Positions 1 through 8,696 of a DNA stretch of 64,000 bases are shown here, piece after piece. The first letter of the stretch is position 1; every line of letters begins with the position of its first letter. The stretch covers positions 20,207-84,206 of the forward strand of contig JAPOKO010000004.1 of the NCBI GenBank assembly GCA_029977615.1, in the 5' to 3' direction. This DNA is from a bacterium. GTDB taxonomy: Bacteria; Actinomycetota; Acidimicrobiia; Acidimicrobiales; Ilumatobacteraceae. The notes beneath the pieces were generated by a model. It was given only the letters and a program-made list of their open reading frames with translations. It made no database searches and was not told the origin of the DNA. The translations under genes and the position numbers were made by a program.

Positions 1-285
1 CTTAGCTTCGCCTTGTGCGTTCCAGAAGTCGTGCATCTTCAGTGCCATCACGATGAGCAAGACTGCGAGCACCAAGGCACCCAAATCTGCGTAAACACCG
101 AGGATTACTGAAAGACCACCGAGGATCATGAGCACACCTGAAAGAAGGTTGGCCAACTTAGGTGCTGGAACCTTCTTGTATGCGGCGTATCCCGCCATTG
201 CTTCAGCTTTGGTGAGATGATTGAGTCCACTCATGACGAACATGAAGGCAAACAAAATTCTGCCGACGAGCATTACTACGTCCAT
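1..285 (-). CDS. DoxX-family small membrane protein (partial, C-terminus outside the window)
   Basis: Hand translation of the reverse strand from ATG (complement of 283-285) gives MDVVMLVGRILFAFMFVMSGLNHLTKAEAMAGYAAYKKVPAPKLANLLSGVLMILGGLSVILGVYADLGALVLAVLLIVMALKMHDFWNAQGEAK. It is hydrophobic and DoxX-like. It is open to the window edge and absent from the ORF track because no stop lies in the window. Confidence 0.65.
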   Translation of the reverse strand, partial: MDVVMLVGRILFAFMFVMSGLNHLTKAEAMAGYAAYKKVPAPKLANLLSGVLMILGGLSVILGVYADLGALVLAVLLIVMALKMHDFWNAQGEAK

Positions 286-327
286 TGATTTTCTCCTTGT
301 AAATGAAACGCCTCCAGGGTGGAGATC

Positions 328-373
328 GTTGCTATCGCAACTATAGTGCAAAAGTAGTTGCGATAGCAACTAT
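328..373. promoter_or_regulatory. Two copies of a palindromic box (GTTGCTATCGCAAC-TAT at 328-344 and GTTGCGATAGCAAC-TAT at 357-373); candidate MarR operator in a divergent promoter region
   Basis: Read directly. Each 14-mer has GTTGC/GCAAC inverted arms, and the two copies are reverse complements of each other, 15 nt apart. They lie between the divergent DoxX gene (start 285) and the marR gene (start 391). Confidence 0.45.
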
Positions 374-390
374 TACGGTAGGGTAACCGT

Positions 391-849
391 GTGGCAAGCG
401 CTAAGTGGCTCAATGACATTGAAATGAAGGCTTGGCTGGGGTTTGTCACTCATGCTTCCGACTTGCTTCGAGCAATTGAGCGTGATCTTGAACCTTTTGG
501 GTTGGACGGCGGCGATTATCAGTTGCTTGCAATGCTCTCTAGTGCGCCAGACCATCGAATGAAAATGTGTGACTTGGCCGACACACTTCGACTTTCGCGA
601 GGAGGACTCACACGTCGGATGGAGGGTGTAGTCACTGCCAAATTTGTTGAACGAGTTCGTGATGAGGTGGATGGGCGAGCAGTCTTTGCCCAAATGACAC
701 CTAAGGGCTATGCATTTCTTAAGAAAATCGCACCGCAACATGTGAAAAGCGTGCGTGGTCACATGATTGATCTTCTCAGCGATGGTGAAATCAAGGCTGT
801 GGGTAACGCTTTTGCAAAGATTGGTGAAAACCTACGTTCAGCAGATTAA
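391..849 (+). CDS. MarR-family transcriptional regulator
   Basis: 152 aa, GTG start. Winged-helix region MCDLADTLRLSRGGLTRRMEGV...DGRAVFAQMTPKG is typical of MarR. Confidence 0.88.
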   Translation: MASAKWLNDIEMKAWLGFVTHASDLLRAIERDLEPFGLDGGDYQLLAMLSSAPDHRMKMCDLADTLRLSRGGLTRRMEGVVTAKFVERVRDEVDGRAVFAQMTPKGYAFLKKIAPQHVKSVRGHMIDLLSDGEIKAVGNAFAKIGENLRSAD

Positions 850-875
850 AAGTCTTGTGCTGATAGTTTCAGTGC

Positions 876-1421
876 ATGGACATTCGCAAAATAGTCACGA
901 CGTGTGAAGACATTCAGGCCGAACTTGGCGAACCTACGGGTCGTATCGTTCGCAAGGCAGTTGCCAGTGCGGTAATTGATAACCCACTTGTTGGTAAGCG
1001 TCATAAAGACCTCATCATTTTGGAAGCCATGGGAGCAGAAATTTCAGGCTTGCTTGCAGAGCGCGCACTTGCAGCTTTGGGTGTTGAAGCAAACGAAGTA
1101 ACTGCATATGGCAAGGGTGCAATTGTGGGTACCGCAGGCGAAATCGAACATGCGGCAGCTCTGATACATCCTCGATTTGGTGCACCGGTGCGCAAGGTTG
1201 TCATTAAGGGAGATGACATCATTCCATCAACAAAAAAGGTTGCTGGTCCGGGTGCTTCATTGACTATTCCAATTACAAACAAAGACGACATCTGGTCTTT
1301 TAACGAAATGGACTCGATTGAAATCTGCATTGGTGATGCACCAATGGCTCACGAAATTGTCGTCAGCGTTGCATTGGCAGTCGGCGGTCGTCCATTTGCT
1401 CGTACCAAGAAGCCATCATGA
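876..1421 (+). CDS. Amino acid synthesis family protein (AA_synth / former DUF1185, from memory PF06684)
   Basis: 181 aa. The MDIRKIVT...NPLVG...GLLAERALAALG...YGKGAIVG..GEIEHAAALIHP+FGAP.R pattern matches the family as I remember it. Its stop overlaps the next start (ATGA at 1418-1421). Confidence 0.75.
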   Translation: MDIRKIVTTCEDIQAELGEPTGRIVRKAVASAVIDNPLVGKRHKDLIILEAMGAEISGLLAERALAALGVEANEVTAYGKGAIVGTAGEIEHAAALIHPRFGAPVRKVVIKGDDIIPSTKKVAGPGASLTIPITNKDDIWSFNEMDSIEICIGDAPMAHEIVVSVALAVGGRPFARTKKPS

Positions 1422-1729
1422 GTTTCAAAGCGATCATTTTGCTTACGCGCGCAGAAGGCGCAACACATGATCAGTTTGCCGATTGGTGGTTGAAGCAGCA
1501 CGCACCACTGGCAAAGCAATTGCCAAATTTACGTAAAGGTGTTTTCAACTTGGTGGAAAACCCGGCTGATGGCGACCCAGATGGCGTGTCCGAGCTGTGG
1601 TTCGACACCCAAGCCGATTTTGAGGCTGCCTATGCAAGCGAAATTGGCAAGTCCGTTGTGGCTGATTCTTTAGCAAATGTTTCAGGTCGTCGACGTATGT
1701 TCGTGGTGGAAAACACCATTCATTCGTAA
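1418..1729 (+). CDS. EthD-family protein
   Basis: 103 aa. N-terminus MSFKAIILLTRAEGATHDQFADWWLKQHAPLAK and the small dimeric alpha-beta-barrel size fit EthD. Confidence 0.7.
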   Translation: MSFKAIILLTRAEGATHDQFADWWLKQHAPLAKQLPNLRKGVFNLVENPADGDPDGVSELWFDTQADFEAAYASEIGKSVVADSLANVSGRRRMFVVENTIHS

Positions 1730-1735
1730 ATCAAC

Positions 1736-2116
1736 ATGAATCGCCTTGGCCTCGTTACCTATGTGGCGCGCGAATACGACGAAGCGATTGGTTTCTTTGT
1801 TGGCAAGTTAGGTTTCACGCTTGCAGAAGACACTGACATGGGCGATGGCAAACGTTGGGTAGTGGTATCTCCTAGCGAAGGTGCTTCATTATTGATTGCG
1901 CGTGCGGAGGGCGAACAACAGAAAGCAAGTATTGGAAATCAAACTGGTGGGCGAGTGGGCTTCTTCCTGCAGACTGACAACTTCGAACGAGATTTTGAAG
2001 CGTGGACATCGCGTGGTGTTGTATTTCGTGAACAGCCACGGCACGAGGTGTACGGAACTGTTGCCGTATTTGAAGATGTGTATGGCAATACGTGGGATCT
2101 CATTCAACCCGCATGA
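1736..2116 (+). CDS. VOC (glyoxalase/bleomycin-resistance/dioxygenase) family protein
   Basis: 126 aa. GFTLAEDTDMGDGKRWVVV...GRVGFFLQTDNFE...YGTVAVFEDVYGNTWDL is a typical VOC fold sequence. Confidence 0.85.
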   Translation: MNRLGLVTYVAREYDEAIGFFVGKLGFTLAEDTDMGDGKRWVVVSPSEGASLLIARAEGEQQKASIGNQTGGRVGFFLQTDNFERDFEAWTSRGVVFREQPRHEVYGTVAVFEDVYGNTWDLIQPA

Positions 2117-3027
2117 CCACTCGAACGTCCTTATTTGAGCGATTGACGCCATGGATTTTCGTTGCACTATGGAGTACTGGATTCGTTGTTGCTCGGTACA
2201 GCACGAATAACGCGGGTCCGCTGTCATTTCTTACCGTACGTATGTTGTGTGCGGCAGTGCTGTTGTACATCATCGCCAAAATTGTTAAGGCTCCAAAACT
2301 TGCTAGAAGTTCGTGGTCAACGTCGGCAATTGTTGGTACGTGCATGCACGCTATTTATTTGGGTGGTGTGTTTTATGCAATAAAAAAGGGACTGCCGTCT
2401 GGCCTAAGCGCGCTCATTGCGGGTTTGCATCCTGTTGTTACTTCTGTTGCTGGTCGAGTGTTGTTGAAAGAGCACCTACGACGCAGTCAATGGGTTGGTG
2501 TGATGCTTGGAATTTCTGGAGTAGTCGTTGTTGTTATTGACAAAGTGCGCGATGGATTGGGCGATGTAACTAAGCCGGCTCTATTCGCGATGATCATTTC
2601 CATCATTGGAATGTCAACCGGCACATTGGTGCAACGTGCACGTGGACGTGAAATGCCGCTGGTCACGGGGACTGCAGCGCAATATGTTTCTGCGGGCGCA
2701 GTGTTGCTCGTTGCATCAAGTTTGTTTGAAGACTGGGAATTCAACATCAATACTGAATTGGTGCTTGCGCTGTTGTGGTCAGTGTTCATACTTTCTATTT
2801 CAGCGGTGATGCTGATGATGTTGCTTATCTCGCGACATTCTGCGGCTCGCGTGAGCAGTTTGTTCTTCCTGACTCCGGCACTGAGCGCAATTGAAAGCGC
2901 CATCTTGTTTGGCGAGCGGCTAAGCCCACTGGCACTTGTGGCATTGGTGGTTGCTCTGACAGGGGTGTGGTTGACCATGCGAAACCCCGTGGTTGCGCCA
3001 TCCCCTGAGTCCCTGCTTGCCGATTAG
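2113..3027 (+). CDS. DMT-superfamily (EamA-like) transporter
   Basis: About 10 predicted TM segments and two EamA-like halves. I prefer the ATG at 2113 (MTTRTSLFERL), which overlaps the VOC stop as ATGA, over the track start at 2092. Confidence 0.85.
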   Translation: MTTRTSLFERLTPWIFVALWSTGFVVARYSTNNAGPLSFLTVRMLCAAVLLYIIAKIVKAPKLARSSWSTSAIVGTCMHAIYLGGVFYAIKKGLPSGLSALIAGLHPVVTSVAGRVLLKEHLRRSQWVGVMLGISGVVVVVIDKVRDGLGDVTKPALFAMIISIIGMSTGTLVQRARGREMPLVTGTAAQYVSAGAVLLVASSLFEDWEFNINTELVLALLWSVFILSISAVMLMMLLISRHSAARVSSLFFLTPALSAIESAILFGERLSPLALVALVVALTGVWLTMRNPVVAPSPESLLAD

Positions 3028-3127
3028 CCCCAAGTCCAAGTTGGATGGGCACTGTATTTGCAGGGTCTCAACTTTATGTAATGTAAAGGGCGTCATATAT
3101 CAGATGTGTATTACAAGGGGATAAGCG

Positions 3128-4321
3128 ATGGCACTTGCAGAACGTTTGGAGCGACTCGGAACCGAGACCGCATTTGCAGTTTCACTTGCTGCAGCCGAAT
3201 GGGGCGCAAAAGGAAATCGAATTTTCCCTTTCCACCTTGGTGATTTAAACATTGCAACTCCACAAAATGTTGTTGATGCAATGAACAAAGCAATTAAAGA
3301 TGGAAAGACGGGTTACTGCCCGGCTGCAGGAATTCCACAGCTGCGTGAAGCGCTTGCAGAAGATGTTGGTAGTCGGCGCGGACTGAGCTTTGCACCAAGC
3401 AATGTTGTGGTTCAACCTGGCGGCAAGCCAGTTATCACCAAGTTCATTCAAACGGTGATGAACCCGGGCGAAGAAGTGTTGTATCCAAACCCTGGCTATC
3501 CAATTTATGAAAGCCAAATTGAATACTTTGGCGGCGTTGCAAAGTCATATCGCTACATTCCGTCTTCAACAGGATTCAATATTGATCTTGATCATTTGAA
3601 GTCACAAATTACTTCCAAGACAAAAGCAATCATTTATAACGACTTGCAGAACCCGATAGGTGCTGAATCAACTGACGCAGAGCGCGAAGCAATTGCAGAG
3701 ATTGCCATTAAGCACAACCTGTGGGTGTTGTCGGATGAAGCATATTTTGAAATGCGCTACTCGGGAACTTCGAAGTCAATCGCATCACTTCCAGGAATGC
3801 TGGAGCGAACTGTCATTTTGTATACCTTCTCAAAGAAGTTTGCGATGACTGGCTGGCGCTTGGGTGCCGCAATTGCTCCGACTGAACTTGCAAACCAAAT
3901 CGCAAAGCTCAACACCAACGATGAGTCATGCACAACTCACTTCGTTCAATACGGTGGAGTTGAAGGCGTACGTGGCGATCAATCTTCCATTCCAAAGATG
4001 TTGAACATCTTGAAAGAGCGTCGAGACGTTGCGGTGAACATGTTGAACGCAATGCCAGGCGTACGTTGCCATTCGCCAGAAGCTGCGTTCTATTTGTTCC
4101 CAGATGTAACTGAAGCGATGGAACGTAAGGGAATTGACGATTTGGCAGTGTTTGCGGAGCAAGCGCTGCATGCAACTGGTGTTTCGTTCTGCACACGTCG
4201 CCACTTTGGTCGCCCACAAGAAGGTGAAAAGCGCAACTACGTTCGTTTCGCGTTCTCGGGAATCGATAAGCAAGACATCCAAGAGGGCATGGACCTGCTC
4301 GGAAGTTGGATTGCCAAATAA
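3128..4321 (+). CDS. Class I/II pyridoxal-phosphate-dependent aminotransferase (aspartate-aminotransferase-like)
   Basis: 397 aa. Shows NPGYP, the LWVLSDEAY motif, and the PLP-lysine motif FSKKFAMTGWRLG. Confidence 0.9.
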   Translation: MALAERLERLGTETAFAVSLAAAEWGAKGNRIFPFHLGDLNIATPQNVVDAMNKAIKDGKTGYCPAAGIPQLREALAEDVGSRRGLSFAPSNVVVQPGGKPVITKFIQTVMNPGEEVLYPNPGYPIYESQIEYFGGVAKSYRYIPSSTGFNIDLDHLKSQITSKTKAIIYNDLQNPIGAESTDAEREAIAEIAIKHNLWVLSDEAYFEMRYSGTSKSIASLPGMLERTVILYTFSKKFAMTGWRLGAAIAPTELANQIAKLNTNDESCTTHFVQYGGVEGVRGDQSSIPKMLNILKERRDVAVNMLNAMPGVRCHSPEAAFYLFPDVTEAMERKGIDDLAVFAEQALHATGVSFCTRRHFGRPQEGEKRNYVRFAFSGIDKQDIQEGMDLLGSWIAK

Positions 4322-4323
4322 CC

Positions 4324-5283
4324 ATGGCAAGAGTAGTAATAACGGGCAAAATTCCTGCAATTGCAGTTGAGCAATTGCGCGCTGAACATGATGTTGTTTC
4401 GTGGGATGAGCCAGTAACGATTACGCGTGAAGAGTTGTTGAAGCGCGTAAAAGGTGCTGACGCCATCGTCTCATTGCTTACAGAAAAGATAGATGCAGAA
4501 CTTTTGGATGCCGCCGGCCCGCATTTAAAAGTGGTGTCAAACGTTGCTGTTGGTTACAACAACATTGATGTTCCAGCTTGTAAAGAACGCAACGTGTTGG
4601 TGACGAATACGCCTGGCGTGCTCACTGAGGCAACAGCCGATATTGCAATGGCACTCATTCTGATGTCCACCCGTCGTTTGGCAGAAGGTGAGCGGGTGAT
4701 CCGCAAGCAAGATCCTTGGCAGTGGGGAATGTTTTACATGTTGGGCTCAGGAATTCAGGGGAGCCAACTTGGCATTGTTGGAATGGGGTTAATTGGTGCA
4801 GCAGTTGCGCGCCGTGCGAAAGCGTTCGGCATGACCATTGCGTATACAAAGCGCACTCCGCTTGATGCTGCAACGGCAAAAGAGCTTGATGCCAAGCACA
4901 TGTCAATGGATGAACTCTTGGCAACGAGTGATGTGGTTTCTCTGCATTGCCCATATTCACCAGAGACGCATCACCTTATGAACGCAGAGACCATCAGCAA
5001 AATGAAGAAGTCTGCGTACCTCATTAACACTGCGCGCGGCCCAGTAGTTGATGAAGCGGCGTTGGTGGACGCATTGCGCAGCAATGCAATTGCTGGAGCA
5101 GGTCTTGATGTATTTGAGCACGAGCCAAAGGTGCATGAAGGTTTGCTTGGGCTTGATAATGCGGTGCTCATTCCGCATTTAGGTTCGGCAACTGTTGAAA
5201 CGCGAACTGCAATGGCAACTACTGCAGCGACAAATTCGCTTGCTGTGCTTGCGGGTAAAACCGCTCCAAACCTTGTGGGCTAG
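4324..5283 (+). CDS. D-2-hydroxyacid dehydrogenase (glyoxylate/hydroxypyruvate reductase-like)
   Basis: Rossmann motif GIVGMGLIGAAVA, the INTARGPVVDE motif, and LDVFEHEP...IPHLGSAT. The ATG at 4324 (MARVVITGK) is preferred to the track start at 4306. Confidence 0.9.
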   Translation: MARVVITGKIPAIAVEQLRAEHDVVSWDEPVTITREELLKRVKGADAIVSLLTEKIDAELLDAAGPHLKVVSNVAVGYNNIDVPACKERNVLVTNTPGVLTEATADIAMALILMSTRRLAEGERVIRKQDPWQWGMFYMLGSGIQGSQLGIVGMGLIGAAVARRAKAFGMTIAYTKRTPLDAATAKELDAKHMSMDELLATSDVVSLHCPYSPETHHLMNAETISKMKKSAYLINTARGPVVDEAALVDALRSNAIAGAGLDVFEHEPKVHEGLLGLDNAVLIPHLGSATVETRTAMATTAATNSLAVLAGKTAPNLVG

Positions 5284-5289
5284 TTGTTG

Positions 5290-5733
5290 CTATTGACCAG
5301 CAGTGGTCAAAGCATCGAGCAATGTGTTCCAGCCAAGTGTTGCGCACTTGATACGTACTGGAAACTTGACGACTCCCTGAAGAGCTTCTAAGTCGCCGAG
5401 GTTGAGCGATTCATCAACTGGTGATTCATCTTCATCAACCGTCATCATGGACTTGAACTTCTTCACGATCGCTTTCACCTGATCGACAGGCTTGCCTTTG
5501 ATTGCCGAAGTCATCATGGATGCAGAACTTTGACTAATTGAACACCCAGATCCGTTGAAGCGAACGTCGGTGACAATGCCATCGCGTACATCAACAAAAA
5601 TACGAATCTCATCTCCGCACAGTGGGTTATGACCTTCTGCGCTTACAGCTGGTGCATCAAGCTCGCCGCGGTTGCGGGGCGTGCGGTAGTGATCAAGGAT
5701 GATTTCTCTGTAGAGGTCTTCAAGTCCGGCCAT
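5290..5733 (-). CDS. sufU: SufU-type Fe-S cluster sulfur-transfer/scaffold protein
   Basis: 147 aa. LYREIILDHYRTPRNRG, NPLCGDEI and GSGCSISQSSASMM are SufU/IscU-like signatures. It lies downstream of sufS. Confidence 0.9.
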   Translation of the reverse strand: MAGLEDLYREIILDHYRTPRNRGELDAPAVSAEGHNPLCGDEIRIFVDVRDGIVTDVRFNGSGCSISQSSASMMTSAIKGKPVDQVKAIVKKFKSMMTVDEDESPVDESLNLGDLEALQGVVKFPVRIKCATLGWNTLLDALTTAGQ

Positions 5734-5751
5734 GTTCGCTCCTTGGTCTAC

Positions 5752-6978
5752 TCAGAAGATATCTGACGCACTGTCGAGCGCGTCGGCCAACATGTCGGCT
5801 TCTTGTTGGGTGTTGTATAGGTAAAAGCTTGCGCGTGCAGTGGCGTTGGCTCCCAGAATGCGCATCAGAGGCTTAGCGCAGTGGTGACCAGCACGGACAC
5901 AGACATTTGATTGGTCGAGCACTTGGCTGAGGTCGTGTGGGTGAATGCCACGGAAAGCAAACGAAAATGTTGCTCCACGCAGTTCAGGATTAGTTGGACC
6001 GTGAATGGTGATGTCATCGCCGAATCGATCGGTGAGTGAATTCAGCACATACGTGCTCATTTCAATTTCGTGACGACGAATATTTGCCATGCCGAGATTC
6101 TCAAGGTATTTCACGGCAGATCCAAGTGCAATAACTTCAGCAATTGCAGGAGTTCCAGCTTCAAACTTTGCTGGCAAGTCTGCAGTGGTAAATCCGTCTA
6201 GGCGAACGTCAGCAATCATGTTGCCTCCGCCGAGAAATGGTGGGAGTGCCTCAAGAAGTACTTCGCGACCCCACAACACACCAACACCAGAAGGCCCACA
6301 CATTTTGTGCGAGCTGAAGGTGACGAAGTCTGCATCCCATGCTTGAACGTCGGTTGGCTGATGTGGCACTGATTGGCAGGCATCAACAATGGCGATCGCG
6401 CCGGCTTTATGCGCTGCTGCACATAGTTGCTGAACTGGGTTGATGGTGCCAAGTACGTTCGACATTGCAGTAAACGAAAACGCCTTAACGCCTTGTAGCA
6501 ACGAATCAAGATTTGATAGATCGAGTTGGCCATCGCTCGTGAGCGGGATCCATCGCAATTGAATTCCACGTTCGGCCACCAGCATGTGCCACGGCACGAT
6601 GTTGGCGTGATGCTCCATGTGCGTAAGCAGCACGGTGTCGCCGACCTTCATATTTGCGCGACCCCACGACAAAATGACCAAGTTCAACGCTTCGGTTGCA
6701 TTCTTGGTGAAGATGACTTCGTGTGCTTTTGGTGCGTTGATGAACTTGGCTAACGCTGTGCGAGTTCCTTCAAACAAATCGGTTGCCTCGGCTGCAAGCT
6801 GATACGCGCTGCGATTGATTGGCGCGTATCCGTTCGACATGAAGTTAGAAAGTGCGTCAATGACCACTTGAGGCTTTTGCGACGTATTCGCACTGTCTAG
6901 ATAGACCAGCGGTTTGTCATTAATCATTCGATGTAAGACTGGGAAGTCTTCACGAATGGATGCGACGTCAAGTGACAT
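5752..6978 (-). CDS. sufS: Cysteine desulfurase SufS
   Basis: 408 aa. PLP lysine in SSHKMCGPSGVGVLWG and catalytic Cys in RAGHHCAKP. Confidence 0.92.
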   Translation of the reverse strand: MSLDVASIREDFPVLHRMINDKPLVYLDSANTSQKPQVVIDALSNFMSNGYAPINRSAYQLAAEATDLFEGTRTALAKFINAPKAHEVIFTKNATEALNLVILSWGRANMKVGDTVLLTHMEHHANIVPWHMLVAERGIQLRWIPLTSDGQLDLSNLDSLLQGVKAFSFTAMSNVLGTINPVQQLCAAAHKAGAIAIVDACQSVPHQPTDVQAWDADFVTFSSHKMCGPSGVGVLWGREVLLEALPPFLGGGNMIADVRLDGFTTADLPAKFEAGTPAIAEVIALGSAVKYLENLGMANIRRHEIEMSTYVLNSLTDRFGDDITIHGPTNPELRGATFSFAFRGIHPHDLSQVLDQSNVCVRAGHHCAKPLMRILGANATARASFYLYNTQQEADMLADALDSASDIF

Positions 6979-6986
6979 GGCAGCAG

Positions 6987-7772
6987 TTAGTCCTTGTACG
7001 CCTCGTAGCCAGATTTCTCGAGCTCCTCGGCAATTTCCATTCCACCTGATTTCACAATGCGACCATCAACCATGATGTGCACGAAGTCTGGCTGCAACTC
7101 ATCGAGCAGGCGCTGGTAGTGAGTAATGAGCACGATGCCCATCTTCGGGCGTTCTTTGCGAACTTCACGAATTCCTGCAGCGACGATGCGCAATGCGTCA
7201 ATGTCGAGGCCAGAGTCGGTCTCGTCGAGAATGGCAACTTCCGGTTCAAGAATTGCCATCTGCATGATTTCGTTGCGCTTCTTTTCGCCACCCGAGAAAC
7301 CTTCATTGAGGTAACGATCGACGAACGTTGAGTCCATGCCAAGTCGCTTCATCCACGACATAGCGGACAGTCTTAACTCAAGAACGGAGAGATCGATTCC
7401 CTTACGCGCAGAAAGTGCCTGACGCAGGAACTGAATAACTGACACGCCAGCAATTTCTTGTGGGTACTGGAAACCGAGAAAGATGCCGGCCTTAGCGCGA
7501 GCATCGGTTGGCCATTCGGTGATCTCTTCACCATGGAAGAAGATTTTCCCCGACACCAATTCGTACTCAGGAGAAGCAAGCAAGGTGTTAGCAAGAGTGG
7601 ACTTGCCAGATCCGTTAGGGCCCATGATGGCGTGAACTTCGCCCTCATTAACGGTGATGGAGAGGCCGCGGAGAATCTCTGCTTCGCCTTCCACCGGCTT
7701 GGCGTGGAGGTTGTCAACCCTGAACAGTTCGGTCACGGAATCAAGTGTATTCAGGGCTTGCGTAATTAGCAC
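6987..7772 (-). CDS. sufC: Fe-S cluster assembly ATPase SufC
   Basis: Walker A GPNGSGKST, FSGGEKKR and ILDETDSGLD. The start is uncertain: GTG at 7772 (track) or GTG at 7736 (VTELFRVDNL). Confidence 0.92.
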   Translation of the reverse strand: MLITQALNTLDSVTELFRVDNLHAKPVEGEAEILRGLSITVNEGEVHAIMGPNGSGKSTLANTLLASPEYELVSGKIFFHGEEITEWPTDARAKAGIFLGFQYPQEIAGVSVIQFLRQALSARKGIDLSVLELRLSAMSWMKRLGMDSTFVDRYLNEGFSGGEKKRNEIMQMAILEPEVAILDETDSGLDIDALRIVAAGIREVRKERPKMGIVLITHYQRLLDELQPDFVHIMVDGRIVKSGGMEIAEELEKSGYEAYKD

Positions 7773-7847
7773 TACGGACGTAGTGGAAATTGGTAGGGTA
7801 TATGCAAAACGGGCTACCTCGTAGCACGCCTCATTTAGGGTGGGAAC

Positions 7848-8696
7848 ATGAACATATTTGGTACAAAAATTGCAAAGTTTTCTGTCGCTGCCACGGTTGC
7901 AATTTCTCCGATATTGATGGCGGTTACACCAGCGCTGGCGTCTTGCATGGTGTCAATTCGCAACACAACGTCTTTAGATGATCGATACACCGATACGGCT
8001 CATCAGATTCGCTATGAGATTCATTGGAACTGTGCTGTAGGCGGGCAGAGTGACATGACGAGCAAAGTAAGCACGTCCAACTCCATGATCGACCGTGTAG
8101 GGGATGTTTCTCCAAGTATGTCGGGCTGGGCCGCTCCAGGTTCTGGCGCAGGGTTTGGTGCTGGTGGGTTAACTAGCCAACTGCTGCCTCAAACGACGTA
8201 TTTTGTGCAAGGTTATGTGCTGCACAATGGAATTACTTATACGTCAGAAATCATTGGCATAACTACAACTTCTGAAGAGGTTGCAGCGCGCAATACAACT
8301 ACTACTTCAACTTCGACTACCACTCCCACTGATATGAATACAGATTCCAATTCCACGACGGGATCTTCCTCGCAACTACTCCAAACTGGATCATCTTCAA
8401 GGGTCGCTTCTGTTACCACGGTTCAGGACGCAATTGAAGATGACGGTGTAGAGGATGATTTTGCAGAACTCTCAGTGCGATTAACAACTGACAAATTTGA
8501 TCTTCGAGTTAACTCCAGCTACCCAGATACCTCAATGGTGATTCGGGCGCGCAAACCTGGATCACGGGTCATTGTATGGAACATTGTGACTTCTTCAGAT
8601 GGTGCTCGTCGAATTTTGACCTCTCGAAATCTTTCCGGGTACACGCTGTCATTGCTTATTGATGACGAGGTATTTCATCGGGTTCGCGTGAGGTGA
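7848..8696 (+). CDS. Secreted/possibly lipid-anchored protein of unknown function, paralog A (signal peptide, 2-Cys N-domain, Thr/Ser-rich linker, conserved C-domain)
   Basis: 282 aa. Signal peptide ends in the lipobox-like PALA-SC. T/S-rich run TTTSEEVAARNTTTTSTSTTTPTDMNTDSNSTTGSSS. The C-terminal about 84 aa are clearly homologous to the next ORF. Confidence 0.7.
   Translation: MNIFGTKIAKFSVAATVAISPILMAVTPALASCMVSIRNTTSLDDRYTDTAHQIRYEIHWNCAVGGQSDMTSKVSTSNSMIDRVGDVSPSMSGWAAPGSGAGFGAGGLTSQLLPQTTYFVQGYVLHNGITYTSEIIGITTTSEEVAARNTTTTSTSTTTPTDMNTDSNSTTGSSSQLLQTGSSSRVASVTTVQDAIEDDGVEDDFAELSVRLTTDKFDLRVNSSYPDTSMVIRARKPGSRVIVWNIVTSSDGARRILTSRNLSGYTLSLLIDDEVFHRVRVR

Noticed and set aside
7790-7981. 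63-aa + strand ORF overlapping the start of secreted paralog A
   Set aside because: It is in a different frame from the clearly homologous paralog pair, has no signal or family features, and would displace a gene supported by paralogy.
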